DNA of 63,871 nt, counting the filler, from Octopus bimaculoides (taxonomy: Eukaryota): the NCBI RefSeq assembly GCF_001194135.2. It is 4 parts of 4 records of this genome, joined end to end, with 100 filler letters (N's around TTAATTAATTAA, not from the genome) between each part and the next. Parts side by side here need not be neighbours in the genome. Positions count along the whole stretch, not along the records: positions 45,966 to 60,411 come from NC_068991.1; positions 60,512 to 63,871 come from NW_026438581.1; 2 more parts are not named here. One strand, given 5' to 3'. Made by a program: the position numbers and the translations under genes. Below, piece by piece: positions 52,880 to 63,871 of this stretch. The notes beneath the pieces are model-generated. The model was not told the origin of the DNA and ran no database searches. It was given only the letters and a program-made list of their open reading frames with translations. Each line of letters opens with the position of its first letter. The first letter of the stretch is position 1.

Positions 52880-54495
52880 TCTTCTCAGTCCTCAGTAATT
52901 TTTAGCCTACGGGTGCATGCTTACTTTTAAATCTAGAAGCTCATGTTTAGTGTAGCTCCGTTCACTCAGGCCATTCTCGCTGCATTCACCAGCCCTTTAA
53001 AAATATATATATTATGGCACAGCACCTTCCTCTCCATCCTTCCTCTCCATCCTCACTTTAAAGTGTAACTTTAAAAAGTCGATGAGCGCTTGATCGAAAA
53101 TGGAAGTATTCTTCAGTACTTTCAGTCACATCCACAACACAACCTCTTTCGCTATAGCCAGAACAATATTGTCTGCCCTTCTCGGCCAAAGGAAAGTGAT
53201 GAGGTAATTTTCACGATGGACTCAGCTGATAGCTGGATCCATTTTATACGTGACAGCAACTGCTTGACATAATTCCTCAAGTCATTAATATTCGGACACT
53301 GGGCGAAGGCGAGCAGGACGTATTGCCCAACTGACTGAGAGTTGTGAGTGCCTAACGGTACTCTAAGTGCCAAGCACCCTGCCTCGGTCTTCCTTCAGCC
53401 CAGAACATCAACATATTCACTCTCAAGGAAACGCTGGAGATGCCACAGCCCCAGCACATGTCTGCTCATCATTAGCCACGGCATACTTCGTCCCCCACGC
53501 TGCGAATGTTGACAAGAAATAGACCGTCTGACCAGCGGAACACGACTTCACCATAGAAAGCGGAGGTGCAAGTGCTCATTCAGATCAGCTATGAAGCGAG
53601 GCAATATAAGAATGGCAAATGGTAGATGATGGATGCAATATAGGTATTTGCCATCTCCATCCGACCTTTCAAGGATAGTTTCCTCTCGGCCCATTTCTGG
53701 ATGAGATGAGACTAGCTACCTTGCTCGTCACTTCTCAATTCTTGTCCACATGGAGAGCTAGATCATACCATAACTGAGCAATTTAACCGGTACTTTAAAC
53801 TGGTAGGTTACCAGAGCAGTTAAACCGGTACCTTAAACTGTCCAGCGATCCACAATACTGTTGAGGTATGGGCCTGTCTCTCCAGGTACCTAGATGCACG
53901 CTCATCGACTTTTCCTGCTAGTTTTTTGCTTCTGTCACCGCTTCCCTTAAAGCAATGCTAATAATCATAATTTGCTTGGAATCCAACAGTATTACAGTGT
54001 TGTCGTCCGTATCTTAGCGTCACCCTTTAAGACGTGTAAGATCCGTTGACATGAATCTTACACATCTTAGGTTGCGCTGGATGCCTCTCAATGTCTCTAG
54101 TTCATTCTGTAGTGACTCAAGAGTCAGTAAATACAGAAGACATTCGAGGGAACAACCTTGACGGTCAGAATCTGTAATGCTGAATGATTCCGATATGTGG
54201 CCATTCACCCTAACCACAGAGCAGCTGTCGATGTACATTGCGGTAATACAACCGTACAAGGCAGGACCGAAATCGACTGCTGTGACGACAGCCACCGAAT
54301 ATTGATGTTCTAACTTGTCGAAGGCTAAATTGATCTAATTTGACCAGGCTTTCATTCATGCAAGGTTTCTTACCCACCCTTTCTATGATATATCACATGG
54401 AGTGGAGGATGTGCCTAGATCGGTTCGGGATGCGCATATTTACGCATCGTAGAGCAGACCACTGATGGCAGCACCAATCTCTTCGGCAACATGTT
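52880..54495 (-). mobile_element. Decayed L1/Tx1-clade LINE 3' half (RT to ORF2 end)
   Basis: Minus-strand LDQ..AFDKLEHQ, RQGCSLECLLYLLTLESL, DTDD (YADD position) and AFAQCPNINDLRNYVKQLLSR..SFGREG (C-terminal cysteine region), ending WVNAARM. Confidence 0.85.
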
Positions 54496-54539
54496 ATTAA
54501 ATAAGGTTTGTGTGTGCACGTGTATGCGTTTGTATGTGT

Positions 54540-54600
<61 letters not shown>

Positions 54601-54994
54601 TGGGAGAGAAAACTAGTGAAAGTAAAAAGGCAGGAAAGAGAAAAGAAGGAAAAGAAGATTGAAAGAAATAATGAGTAGGAGGAAGAGAAGTTATCGTTAA
54701 GGTAAAGTATGATATATTAGTGCTTATAGACAAGTATATACTGAAGCAATGTATCATTTCGAGATTTTAGAATAAGCAATTTATTATAATCATCCCGTGC
54801 TACTCATTAATGCGAAAGAATGAAAAGTCAAAAGAGTCCATTAAAATTTTGGTGACCTTTTATATAAAGATTATTTCTTCAGAATAAAAATTTTGAGTAT
54901 TGACTGGAACGATGTTTTGTTATCGAAGTGTGAATACACATCACGAAGTTAGTATTGAAAAACGCCTGCTTTGTACTAAGGTGTGTACACTCTG

Positions 54995-55028
54995 AACAAC
55001 AGCAACAACAACAACAACAACAACAACA

Positions 55029-55088
<60 letters not shown>

Positions 55089-55112
55089 GTTGTTGTTGCT
55101 GCTGCTGCTGCT
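54995..55112. repeat. (CAA)n/(CTA)n/(TGC)n compound microsatellite
   Basis: Visible triplet runs. Confidence 0.95.
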
Positions 55113-55749
55113 GCACCGGTGATTTGTGTATATGCACATAGAAGGAACGATGTGGTGGTCCAGCCTGCTAGAAATAGCAGCCAAATCTCCCACAGATTAC
55201 ACCTTGTTTATGAAAAAGAAGAAATACACTGGACAATGTAGTCTTAGGAGTACAAAATGGATAAAACGATCAGGGTTCAAATACTTTTTATGATAAGTCC
55301 TACAGATCATTATCGACCTGGAGTAAAAGAGAAACACTAAGAACAAAAATAAAAATTAAACCAACCAAACACGTAGTTTCTAAACAGCCGACTGACTTGC
55401 TAGATATAGCAGCCAACTTTTTTTCAAATTACACCTTACAATTTTACAATAGTGAAGATGCATTAAATAACATAGTTCTACCTATACATGTTCTGGAAAT
55501 TAAAAGAAATGGTCACTGTCTGGAATGCTTCGAATAGAAGTCTGCTTGATTAGAGCTACCTTGGGACTCAACCAGAACAGAAATTTAATTAGAACCTAAC
55601 CTGTAACACTGGCAATGAGTTTTGTTTTTTCTCGTCTTTCTCTTAATAGTCCCGGTTATAACTCAAATAATCCAGACTCCTTTCCAGGCATTAAACTTAA
55701 TTTCCCGGCCTTTGGCTGGGGGATTTTCTCTCAATATGGAGTACTCTCT

Positions 55750-56157
55750 TTACTCTCTTTTACTCTTTTACTTGTTTCAGTCATTTGGCTGTGGCCATGC
55801 TGGAGCACCGCCTTTAGTCGAGCAAATCGACCCCAGGACTTATTATTTGGAAGCCTAGTACTTATTCTATCGGTCTCTTTTGCCGAACCGCCAAGTTACG
55901 GGGACGTAAACACACCACCATCGGTTGTCAAGCGATGTTGGTGGGGACAAACACTGACACACAAACACACACATATATATATATACACATATATACGATG
56001 GGCTTCTTTCAGTTTCCATCTACCAAATCCACTCACAAAGCTTTGGTTGGTCCGAGGCTATAGTAGAAGACACTTGCCCAAGGTGCCACGCAGTAGGACT
56101 GAATCCGGAACCATGTGGTTGGAAAGCAAGCTACTTACCACACAGCCACTCCTGCAT
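55750..56157 (-). mobile_element. Young full-length SINE family 1
   Basis: Complete head-to-tail match with 59144-59637 in opposite orientation. Confidence 0.92.
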
Positions 56158-56199
56158 AAGAATTCTTTTCTTCTTGCCACCTAGCAATTCTTTTTGATC

Positions 56200-56400
56200 A
56201 TGGATTTACCTAAAGAAGACCAGATCTAACTGGATTTAACTGGACCCTCCCAACCTACTAGACATAATGAACCTTAACAATTATCATTGATGAGGAATTT
56301 TCTTCCACTTTCTAACCTCCAATGACGGCATGCCCAACTTACAGAGTCTTCGCTCGATACAATGTTCCAATAGCTGGGATATCCAGAAGTAACTGTCGGA
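56200..56400 (-). mobile_element. CR1-like LINE ORF2 C-terminal fragment
   Basis: Minus strand resembles Y.ERL.KLGMPSLE.R (LCKLGMPSLEVRK). Confidence 0.55.
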
Positions 56401-56528
56401 TTATCTTTACGATTTTTAAAAATTATTTTTACCATTCGTTATGTAGCTAGATTTAGATTGAATTAAATGAATTTAGATGTCCTTGTCCTGCATTGTCTAA
56501 TTATTTGCCTTTCCTCACTACATTAACC

Positions 56529-56596
<68 letters not shown>

Positions 56597-56650
56597 CATG
56601 AGTGAGTGTGTGCGTGTGTGTGTGCGTGTGTGTGTACACGTATGCATATA

Positions 56651-57865
56651 CAAGGTGTCCCAAAATTAAGGCTACCAACTTCTTTCAATTTTGCCAAAGC
56701 AAAATATTATGTTATATCTCGGGTCCGAGCGTTGTAATGCTATGGTAAAGGAAACACAATTATAACACCACCACATTTACTCGATATTACTACCTCTGTT
56801 TCGAATCACAGCCTTAAGACTAGGTGCAAGTGCTTCACATGGGGCACGCAGGTGTTCTTACGGAATAGAAACTCATTCCTGACACGGAGTGCTCGGAGCT
56901 TTCGTCTCCAAAATGAACCAAATAAAAAAATCCAATGCGTTGAGATCGGGGTTTCTTGAGGGCCATGTATCCTTGCCTATGAACGACGGAATGCTTTTCT
57001 GAATTCAGTGTTGTGTCTGTTTGAAGCTATGGGATGGTGCTGAGTCCTGTTGGAGGTTCCAAGGTGCACCTTAAACGTGCTCATTCGCCCAATGAGGCAG
57101 TTTAACTTCTAGAATGTCGCTGGGTGTTAAATTTAACACCAGAGGGTACGAAAACGAGGGGAGACCTTCCAGTGGCTGTCACATTCGCCCAAGCCATAAC
57201 TGACTGTGGATTTTGACGGAGCCTGATACACTCCAAAATCGGTCACTCTAGTGGTTTACTGTCTGTTCGATTTCAAATTTCTTTTCATCAGCGAACACCA
57301 GGTTGTGCAGCGTGCCTCCAGTAATTTGACACAGGATAAGACGAATTCTCTTCAGTCTCATAGCCTTACGAACTTGCGTGAACTCACGACGGTGGATCGC
57401 CTTGTAGGAATGGGTCCTGAGATCATCGTTCAGCACTCGATTCACCGATGTTCGGCTTATTTTTGTTGTGGCAGCAAGTTTTCTGACGGAGCGACGTGGA
57501 TTTCGCCGTATCTTTTCTCTGGTACATTTGATAAGCTGAGGGGTCCGCACACTTCATTTTTGGGCCACGTCCAGGTCGATCATTGGTGGAACCAATCTCT
57601 TGAAATTTCTCGTCAATTTTCCAGACGTTTTGTTAATTGTAAGCATTTTTGCTATAGCTGTATTACTTTCGTCTCCTTTGTGGAGGGTTATGATTGTATT
57701 TTAGTCTATAGCCATTATCTAATTTATAAATCTGAATTTATTTAGTCTGAAAAAAAAAAAGACACACTAAACTTTTATAATGATGCTTAATTTTCTTACC
57801 TTATCACATTTATTGATAGTTATTAAAGCCCAAAACTTCGGATGCCTTAATTTCGGGACACTTTG
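56651..57865 (-). pseudogene. Full-length decayed maT/DD37D-like transposon, 1215 bp
   Basis: TA-flanked TIRs CAAGGTGTCCCAAAATTAAGGC / GCCTTAATTTCGGGACACTTTG. Transposase RRNPRRSVRKLA..ISRTSV.RVL.DDL and LVFADEKKFEIEQTVNH. Confidence 0.9.
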
Positions 57866-58479
57866 TAGATATTACAGCCTGAGAATTTCTACAAAGAAAG
57901 AATTAGTTTTTAACTTAGAAACAAACCTGCCTCGGCGAAATTTAGATAACAACAGTTCTGAGTTATGTACTGAATTTGGGAAGCGATTGTGTATGAATTT
58001 GATTTGATACCCGTATGAATAGAGCACTTGGGTTATCAATTTGACACTTGCCTAATCTCGATTAACCTAGGTCAGTTCACCTGGATGGAGGTGAATACTG
58101 TAAAAGTCGAAGGATCCAGTAGCCTTTCTCATAACACTGACGCATCGTTAGCGTCCAATTATTGGAATATGTGCCTAATTATTGCTTCTGTAGATGTGCG
58201 TTGAACTATAATCTGAGCAGAGAAATTATAGATTTCGAAGCATTTGATCATAGATGCTTCTCAATGACTTGAAAAGAAATGTTTACATCCGTTGGATTGC
58301 TAATTTCTAAAACTGTACATAATTTTTGTTTTCCCTCCCAAGACTACTATATCAGCCATTTAGCGAAAGTTTTGATGGGAGTATTCCATTAATATCTTTT
58401 GTGTTGAAATGAGCGTTTGCTCAAAACAGCAATATTTTCTCTACTATGACAGTGCATTTTCCCTCAGAAACATCATACT

Positions 58480-58860
58480 TTATCAGAAGGAAGAAAGTTA
58501 ATGACATTTTGTGGCTGTACAAATCACATATATCCATACGTAGTATCCTCCACGAATATGTAACATGATCAACAGTTTCGGTCGTTTCTTCAATGTTTAA
58601 ACGGTTCAATGTTTGTTATTCAACAGGTATTTAGTAGAAATTTCCTGCTTTTGGATTGCAAAAAGCCCAATCATCGAAATAGGACGCTACATAATGTTCA
58701 CGTGTCGAAAAACGGTCCCACTTCCGGCCGATGCAGGCATCATCTTTATCTAAACTTGCCTTCATATTCAGATTGCTTCTCCTCCAAGTCTTTGTTGCCG
58801 TAGATTTCTTCAGCAGCTCTGAGCACTTCGTCAGGTGACCTCACCGTACCCCAAACCCTT
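58480..58860 (-). mobile_element. R4/Dong-like LINE fragment (pre-CCHC and CCHC region)
   Basis: Degenerate QEISTKYL and ETTETVDHV..Y..HK motifs. Confidence 0.5.
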
Positions 58861-58899
58861 TTTGAGCACTTCGTAAGCGTTTTTGTTTTTGTTGCTATT

Positions 58900-59030
58900 C
58901 TCTTTTACTCTTTTACTTGTTTCAGTCATTTGACTGCGGCCATGCTGGAGCACCGCCTTTAGTCGAGCAAATCGACCCCAGGACTTATTCTTTGGAACCC
59001 TAGTAATTATTCTATCGGTCTCTTTTTCCG
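58900..59030 (-). mobile_element. SINE family 1, 3' 130 bp only
   Basis: Near-identical to 55755-55885. Confidence 0.9.
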
Positions 59031-59143
59031 ATGTTGGTTAGAAGACGATGTTAGATTATCATTGATGAGGTACATTCTTTCACTTTCTAACCTCCAATGA
59101 TGGCATGCCCAACTTACGGAGTCTTCGCTCGATATTGTTGATG

Positions 59144-59309
59144 TAGGCGCAGGAGTGGCTGTGTGGTAAGTAGCTTGCTTACCAGCCACATTGTTCCGGG
59201 TTCAGTCCCACTGCGTGGCACCTTGGGCAAGTGTCTTCTGCTATAGCGTCGGGCCGACCAAAGCCTTGTGAGTGGATTTGGTAGACGGAAACTGAAAGAA
59301 GCCCGTCGT

Positions 59310-59345
<36 letters not shown>

Positions 59346-59637
59346 NNNNNNNNNNNNNNNNNNNNNNNNNNNNNNNNNNNNNNNNNNNNNNNNNNNNNNN
59401 NNNNNNNNNNNNNNNNNNNNNNNNNNNNTTTGTGTGTCTGTGTTTGTTCCCCCACCATCGCTTGACAACCGATGCTGGTGTGTTTACGTCATCGTAACTT
59501 AGCGGTTCGGCAAAAAGAGGCTGATAGAATAAATACTAGGCTTACAAAGAATAAGTCCTGGGGTCGATTTTCTCGACTAAAGACGGTGCTCCAGCATGAC
59601 CGCAGTCAAATGATTGAAACAAGAAAAAGAGTAAAAG
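59144..59637 (+). mobile_element. Young full-length SINE family 1 (internal microsatellite gapped)
   Basis: TAGGCGCAGGAGTGGCTGTGTGGTAAG head, GGGTTCAGTCC B-box-like, AAAAGAGT tail. Confidence 0.92.
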
Positions 59638-60411
59638 TGTTGGTTAGAAGACAATGTTTGCGAAAACGCTTCGAGCAACCTGTACTAGTTTTTAGCCTTT
59701 CTCTTTGTCCTTTCTCCACTGGGAACAAGTCACTATTACTACAGAAACGCCGACTTAATGATTACTACAAGCTCTGGTACTGAAAATCCATTGTGGGATA
59801 TTGTTCTTTTTTTTTTTAAAAAAAAGCAAGCTTTGACCGCTTGGTGTAAGACACTTTAGTCGTTCTATATTTGTTCACAGTCCTTGTTGCATTAATGTAT
59901 ATATATAAATGTATATGATAAGTGAGTGTTTATAGGTTTGCGTGTGCGCATGTATGTTTACGAGTGTATGTGTACATCTTTGACAATTTTTTGATATGTA
60001 CGAGTAAGGAGTGCGTCACGTGTTTGTCTTTATATATGCGCAGGTACAACTGATTGCATTACGTATGCGTGTGTAGTTGTACGTGTATGTGTGTGCGTAC
60101 GTCTGCTTGTTTGTGTGTGTGTATGTGTGTGCACGTCTAACTTCTGTGTGTATGTGAATATATGTATATATGCGTGTGTATTTATAAATGTATATATGTA
60201 TGTGTGTATGTATATGTGTGTACGCCTAAGGTCTGAGTGTAAGTGAATATATGTATATATGTGTATGTATGTATGAATGTATGTATATATGTATGTATGT
60301 ATGTATGTATGTGTGTGTATGTGTGTATGTATGTGTGTGTGCACGTCTCCTGTCTTAGTGTGTATAAATATATGTGAGAGCGTCTATGTCTGAATGTGTG
60401 TGTGTTGGTGC

Positions 60412-60511
60412 NNNNNNNNNNNNNNNNNNNNNNNNNNNNNNNNNNNNNNNNNNNNTTAATTAATTAANNNNNNNNNNNNNNNNNNNNNNNNNNNNNNNNN
60501 NNNNNNNNNNN
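60412..60511. other. Artificial scaffold-join spacer
   Basis: 44N + TTAATTAATTAA + 44N. Confidence 0.9.
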
Positions 60512-60828
60512 TAGGAATTTGGAAGGAAACAACTGCAGGTTATTTTTGAGAAGTGTTCCCCACTCGGTGGTGTTTTGGAGCAAGTCGTCCATATTTGTTT
60601 CATTTTTCTCTATTATGTGCGTAAGTGCATCCATAGATTTCTAATGAAGTAATAGGCAGTGAAGAGAAGCCGTCATAAGAAAACTTTTAACTACCTCTAT
60701 TCCTTTTTCCCCCTCTCTCTACCTCTTCCTCTCTCGCTCTCTCAAACGCATACACGTGCAAGTACACAATCATTCAGTAAAATATAACTCATGTTCGTCA
60801 ATGTTTTGCAAATATACCACGATTTTCA

Positions 60829-60974
60829 CTAGGGTTTTAGGGTTAGGGGTTATGATTAGGATTAGTGTTACGGTTTTAGGGTCAGGGTTAGGGTTAGGAT
60901 TAGTGTTACGGTTACGGTTTTAATATCAGGGTTAGAGTTTAGGGTTAATGTTAGTGTTAGGATTAGGGTTGGGT
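60829..60974 (+). repeat. Degenerate interstitial telomere-like (TTAGGG)n tract
   Basis: TTAGGG units mixed with TTAGTG, TTACGG, TTAGGA and TCAGGG variants. Confidence 0.85.
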
Positions 60975-61032
60975 AATCGTGCGGGTGTTAATCTGAAAAA
61001 TTACAGATATGTGAAAAGTACGGACCCTGTCA

Positions 61033-61559
61033 TCTATTATAACTTTTGTTGTTCTGTTTAATATATACATAGATTATGCCTCCAAAGAAGAGAGTTTGCT
61101 GGGGAAAGAAAGCAACCGGTTTAAAATGACAGCAACAGACTGCAGCAATTCACCACATTCCAGAAGCTACTATAAACATTATGCAAAATGGTGCATCAAC
61201 ATCTGCCCAATCTGATAGAATTCTGGCAAAACTGTGTACCAACAAATCGCCAGCAATTGCTTCATCAGAAATTGCCATCCTAGCTCCTCCGAAAAGGGAT
61301 TACCCTGCTATGTATAATCAGGGCAGCGCAAAAAGTTGTTTTGCACAAGCATTTCTATAGCCAATTAGACGGTTGAAATTTACGTACGCTTAATAATGTT
61401 ACACAAAACAGCCTTCAGACTTTCCCTATTAATTTCATTGTCTTTTGAATTATGAACATATTTACATCATAAGCGGTTTTTAGTTGATTTTCACCTAGCA
61501 TGACTTATCGTAGATGGCATAATAAGTCACACCCGGACAAGGTCGGGTTATACTGCTAG
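61033..61559 (+). mobile_element. Probable non-autonomous Helitron
   Basis: 3' end has hairpin ACCCG-GACAAGGT-CGGGT (61531-61548), then CTAG|T (61556-61560). Possible 5' end A|TCTATTATAA at 61033; the 5' boundary is uncertain. Confidence 0.55.
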
Positions 61560-61821
61560 TATACATATATATATTTCCTTTCCCGAGCGTCCAATAACAC
61601 TATCCATATCACGTCCTCACTTTGCTGTTTTTTTTTGTTATTNNNNNNNNNNNNNNNNNNNNNNNNNNNNNNNNNNNNNNNNNNNNNNNNNNNNNNNNNN
61701 NNNNNNNNNNNNNNNNNNNNNNNNNNNNNNNNNNNNNNNNNNNNNNNNNNNNNNNNNNNNNNNNNNNNNNNNNNNNNNNNNNNNNNNNNNNNNNNNNNNN
61801 NNNNNNNNNNNNNNNNNNNNN

Positions 61822-61852
<31 letters not shown>

Positions 61853-62124
61853 AGATCAGGATTCAAGTGAATCAGGCACTTAGATCGTAAGGCACCAGGC
61901 CGAGTTGAATTTTAAAATGTGCACACTACAAAAATAAAGGAATACATATGTGAGTGCTGAAGTACAGGCAGAAAGATATTCTGGTTATATATGATTAACT
62001 GTACTCGACTGAGGCTAATCAAGAAATGCACATTGCACTAAATGTATGGTCCCTAATATATTTCGGATCTACGCAAGGAGCCGGTTCTGAGAAAGGTGAA
62101 GCATAAATAAATAAAAACAAACGG

Positions 62125-62304
62125 ATAATGTGTCAATTTACTACAGCTGTTTCCAACGAATTTTTCACTGATTGATGGAGCCATTACATCATTGTTGTGG
62201 TTCATGTATTCACCTGATGAAAACAGTTTTTTTCTGATAATCTAATGTCTCCATTAATCAATTAAAAATCCTTTGGAAACAGCTGTAGTGAATTGGCACA
62301 TTAT
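62125..62304. mobile_element. 180-bp foldback MITE with 62-bp TIRs
   Basis: ATAATGTGTCAATTTACTACAGCTGTTTCCAA.. pairs with ..TTGGAAACAGCTGTAGTGAATTGGCACATTAT; 8 mismatches in 62 bp. Confidence 0.85.
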
Positions 62305-62325
62305 GCATCTGTAGTTACATATATA

Positions 62326-63611
62326 TCAAGTCGTCAGTATGAAATTTGTAGTAAGGTTTATAGTAAACTTTGACAGCTGCTCATTTTGCGCCATTATTAT
62401 ATTTTGACAATCTTTATCTTTTGTTAGAAAGCTGACACATCTATTTCTTTATTCTAACTCATTTTGCGCTTTATAAAGTATTTATAAATCGTTTTTTGCT
62501 ATCTTTGTTTAGAGATGGATAAGTTGGAAATTTATACAGTTTTGAAATATGAGTTCTTTCTTCGAAATACAGCATCACAGACAGCTTGGAATATTAATGG
62601 AGTATTTCATTCTAATGTTATTACACAACAGAGAGTATCAAATTGGTTTTCAAAATTTTGTTCTGGTAACTTTGACCTCACAAATGAGCAATGTGGTCAA
62701 CCAGAAACAAATGTGGATAATGACGAACTGAAAGCCACCGTCGAGTCAGATCTATCTTAAAGTGCCCGTGTATTATCATTGTTGTTTGGTGTTAGCAAGC
62801 AAACAATATTGACTTACCTAGTTCAAATCGGAAAAGTGAAAAAGTTGGTTAAGTGGGTTCCACATGAACTCATTGAAAATCAGAAATAGCAATGGCTTGG
62901 AAACCTGCATTATGCTACTTTCTCGTCACAAAAATGAATAATTTTTGAATCGAATTGTAACATGTGATGAGAAATGGATCCAATACAACAATCATAAATG
63001 TTCAGCACAATGGTTGCACAAAGACAAGCCACCAAAGCACAGTCCAAAAAGCAAAATTCATCAAAAGAAGCTGATGGTGTGTGTTTGGTGGTCTGGTGCA
63101 GGTGTGGTCCATTATGATTTCATTAAACCTGGCTCATCAATCACAGCCGAAGTATACTGTAGCCAACTGGACTAAATGATGCAGAAACTTACAAAAAAAC
63201 AGCCTAGATTAGTCAAGAGATCCACTTCTATTTTATTGCAAGACAATGCCAGACCACACATTGGGAAAATGACATTGAAGAAACTACAGGAGTTGGAGTT
63301 GGAATTTCTCCATCATCTGCCATAATCACCTGATTTTGCCCCCACTGACTAGCACTTCCTCCAGAATTTGGATAACTTTTTGATAGGAAAAAAATTTAAT
63401 TCCGACAATGCTGTAAAACAGGCCTTCCAAGATTTTATTGACTCTAGATTGCCAGGATTTTACAGTTCTGGGCTGGACAAGCTACTGCTGAAACGGCAAA
63501 AGTGTATTGATAATATGGGTGTATACTTTGATGAATAAAACTATTCTCTGTATTTATAAAACATTAGAAAACTTTTTTTCTTTTCTACAAATTTCATACT
63601 TGACGACCTAA
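62326..63611 (+). pseudogene. Full-length mariner (DD34D) transposon with disrupted transposase (62515-~63537)
   Basis: TA-flanked TIRs (TCAAGTCGTC-AGTATGAAATTTGTAG / CTACAAATTTCATACTTGACGACCTAA). Motifs KWVPHEL, IVTCDEKW, LQDNARPH and SPDFAPTD; about six in-frame stops and one frameshift. Confidence 0.95.
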
Positions 63612-63871
63612 TATATATTTATACACACACAGATATATATATATATACATATTCACATATACACACATAGATACATACAAATACACATTTATACATATAT
63701 ATATATACATAAAAGGGAGATGACGAAGTTAGATCCAAGACAAAGTAGTGAAGGTTGATCTGAAGAAGCTGTATCTCATTGAGAAGACATCCAATCATTG
63801 AAAAATGCACCCTCACACAAGGCCAGTGATAATATGTGTTTGTGTGTGGTGTGTGTGTGTGTCTCTCTCTC

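Noticed and set aside
61860-62105. Possible Penelope GIY-YIG C-terminal remnant (ESGT*IVRHQAELN)
   Set aside because: Too short and degenerate to support.
93-63816. Dozens of ORFs rich in HT/YI/CV/poly-X repeats
   Set aside because: Translations of (CA)n, (TA)n, (TG)n and triplet microsatellites or N gaps; no coding evidence.

Overview
AT-rich, microsatellite- and SINE-dense eukaryotic genomic DNA. The repeat families look like those of an octopod cephalopod (inference from SINE sequence and microsatellite style, no database check). Three artificial 100-bp spacers (44 N + TTAATTAATTAA + 44 N) split the window into four assembly pieces: 1-27590, 27691-45865, 45966-60411 and 60512-63871. I found no confidently identifiable host protein-coding gene; almost all listed ORFs are microsatellite artefacts or decayed transposon remnants. 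Recognisable elements: Tc1/mariner DNA transposons (two near full-length DD34D mariners, one full-length and one deleted maT/DD37D-like, a rosa/DD41D-like fragment, a mariner with ~250-bp inverted arms, MITEs), L1/Tx1-clade LINEs, R4/Dong-like LINEs with a restriction-like endonuclease, CR1/L2-like fragments, a probable decayed DIRS retrotransposon, a probable non-autonomous Helitron, several tRNA-derived SINE families and a degenerate interstitial TTAGGG tract. The most notable non-TE signals are: an ~18-kb CpG-depleted block (probable methylated gene body) carrying weak minus-strand exon candidates next to a CpG-rich promoter-like region; a 46-bp near-perfect hairpin; and a TSD-flanked composite SINE insertion carrying a fragment that also occurs 2.8 kb upstream. 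Nothing here is clearly a new biological system.
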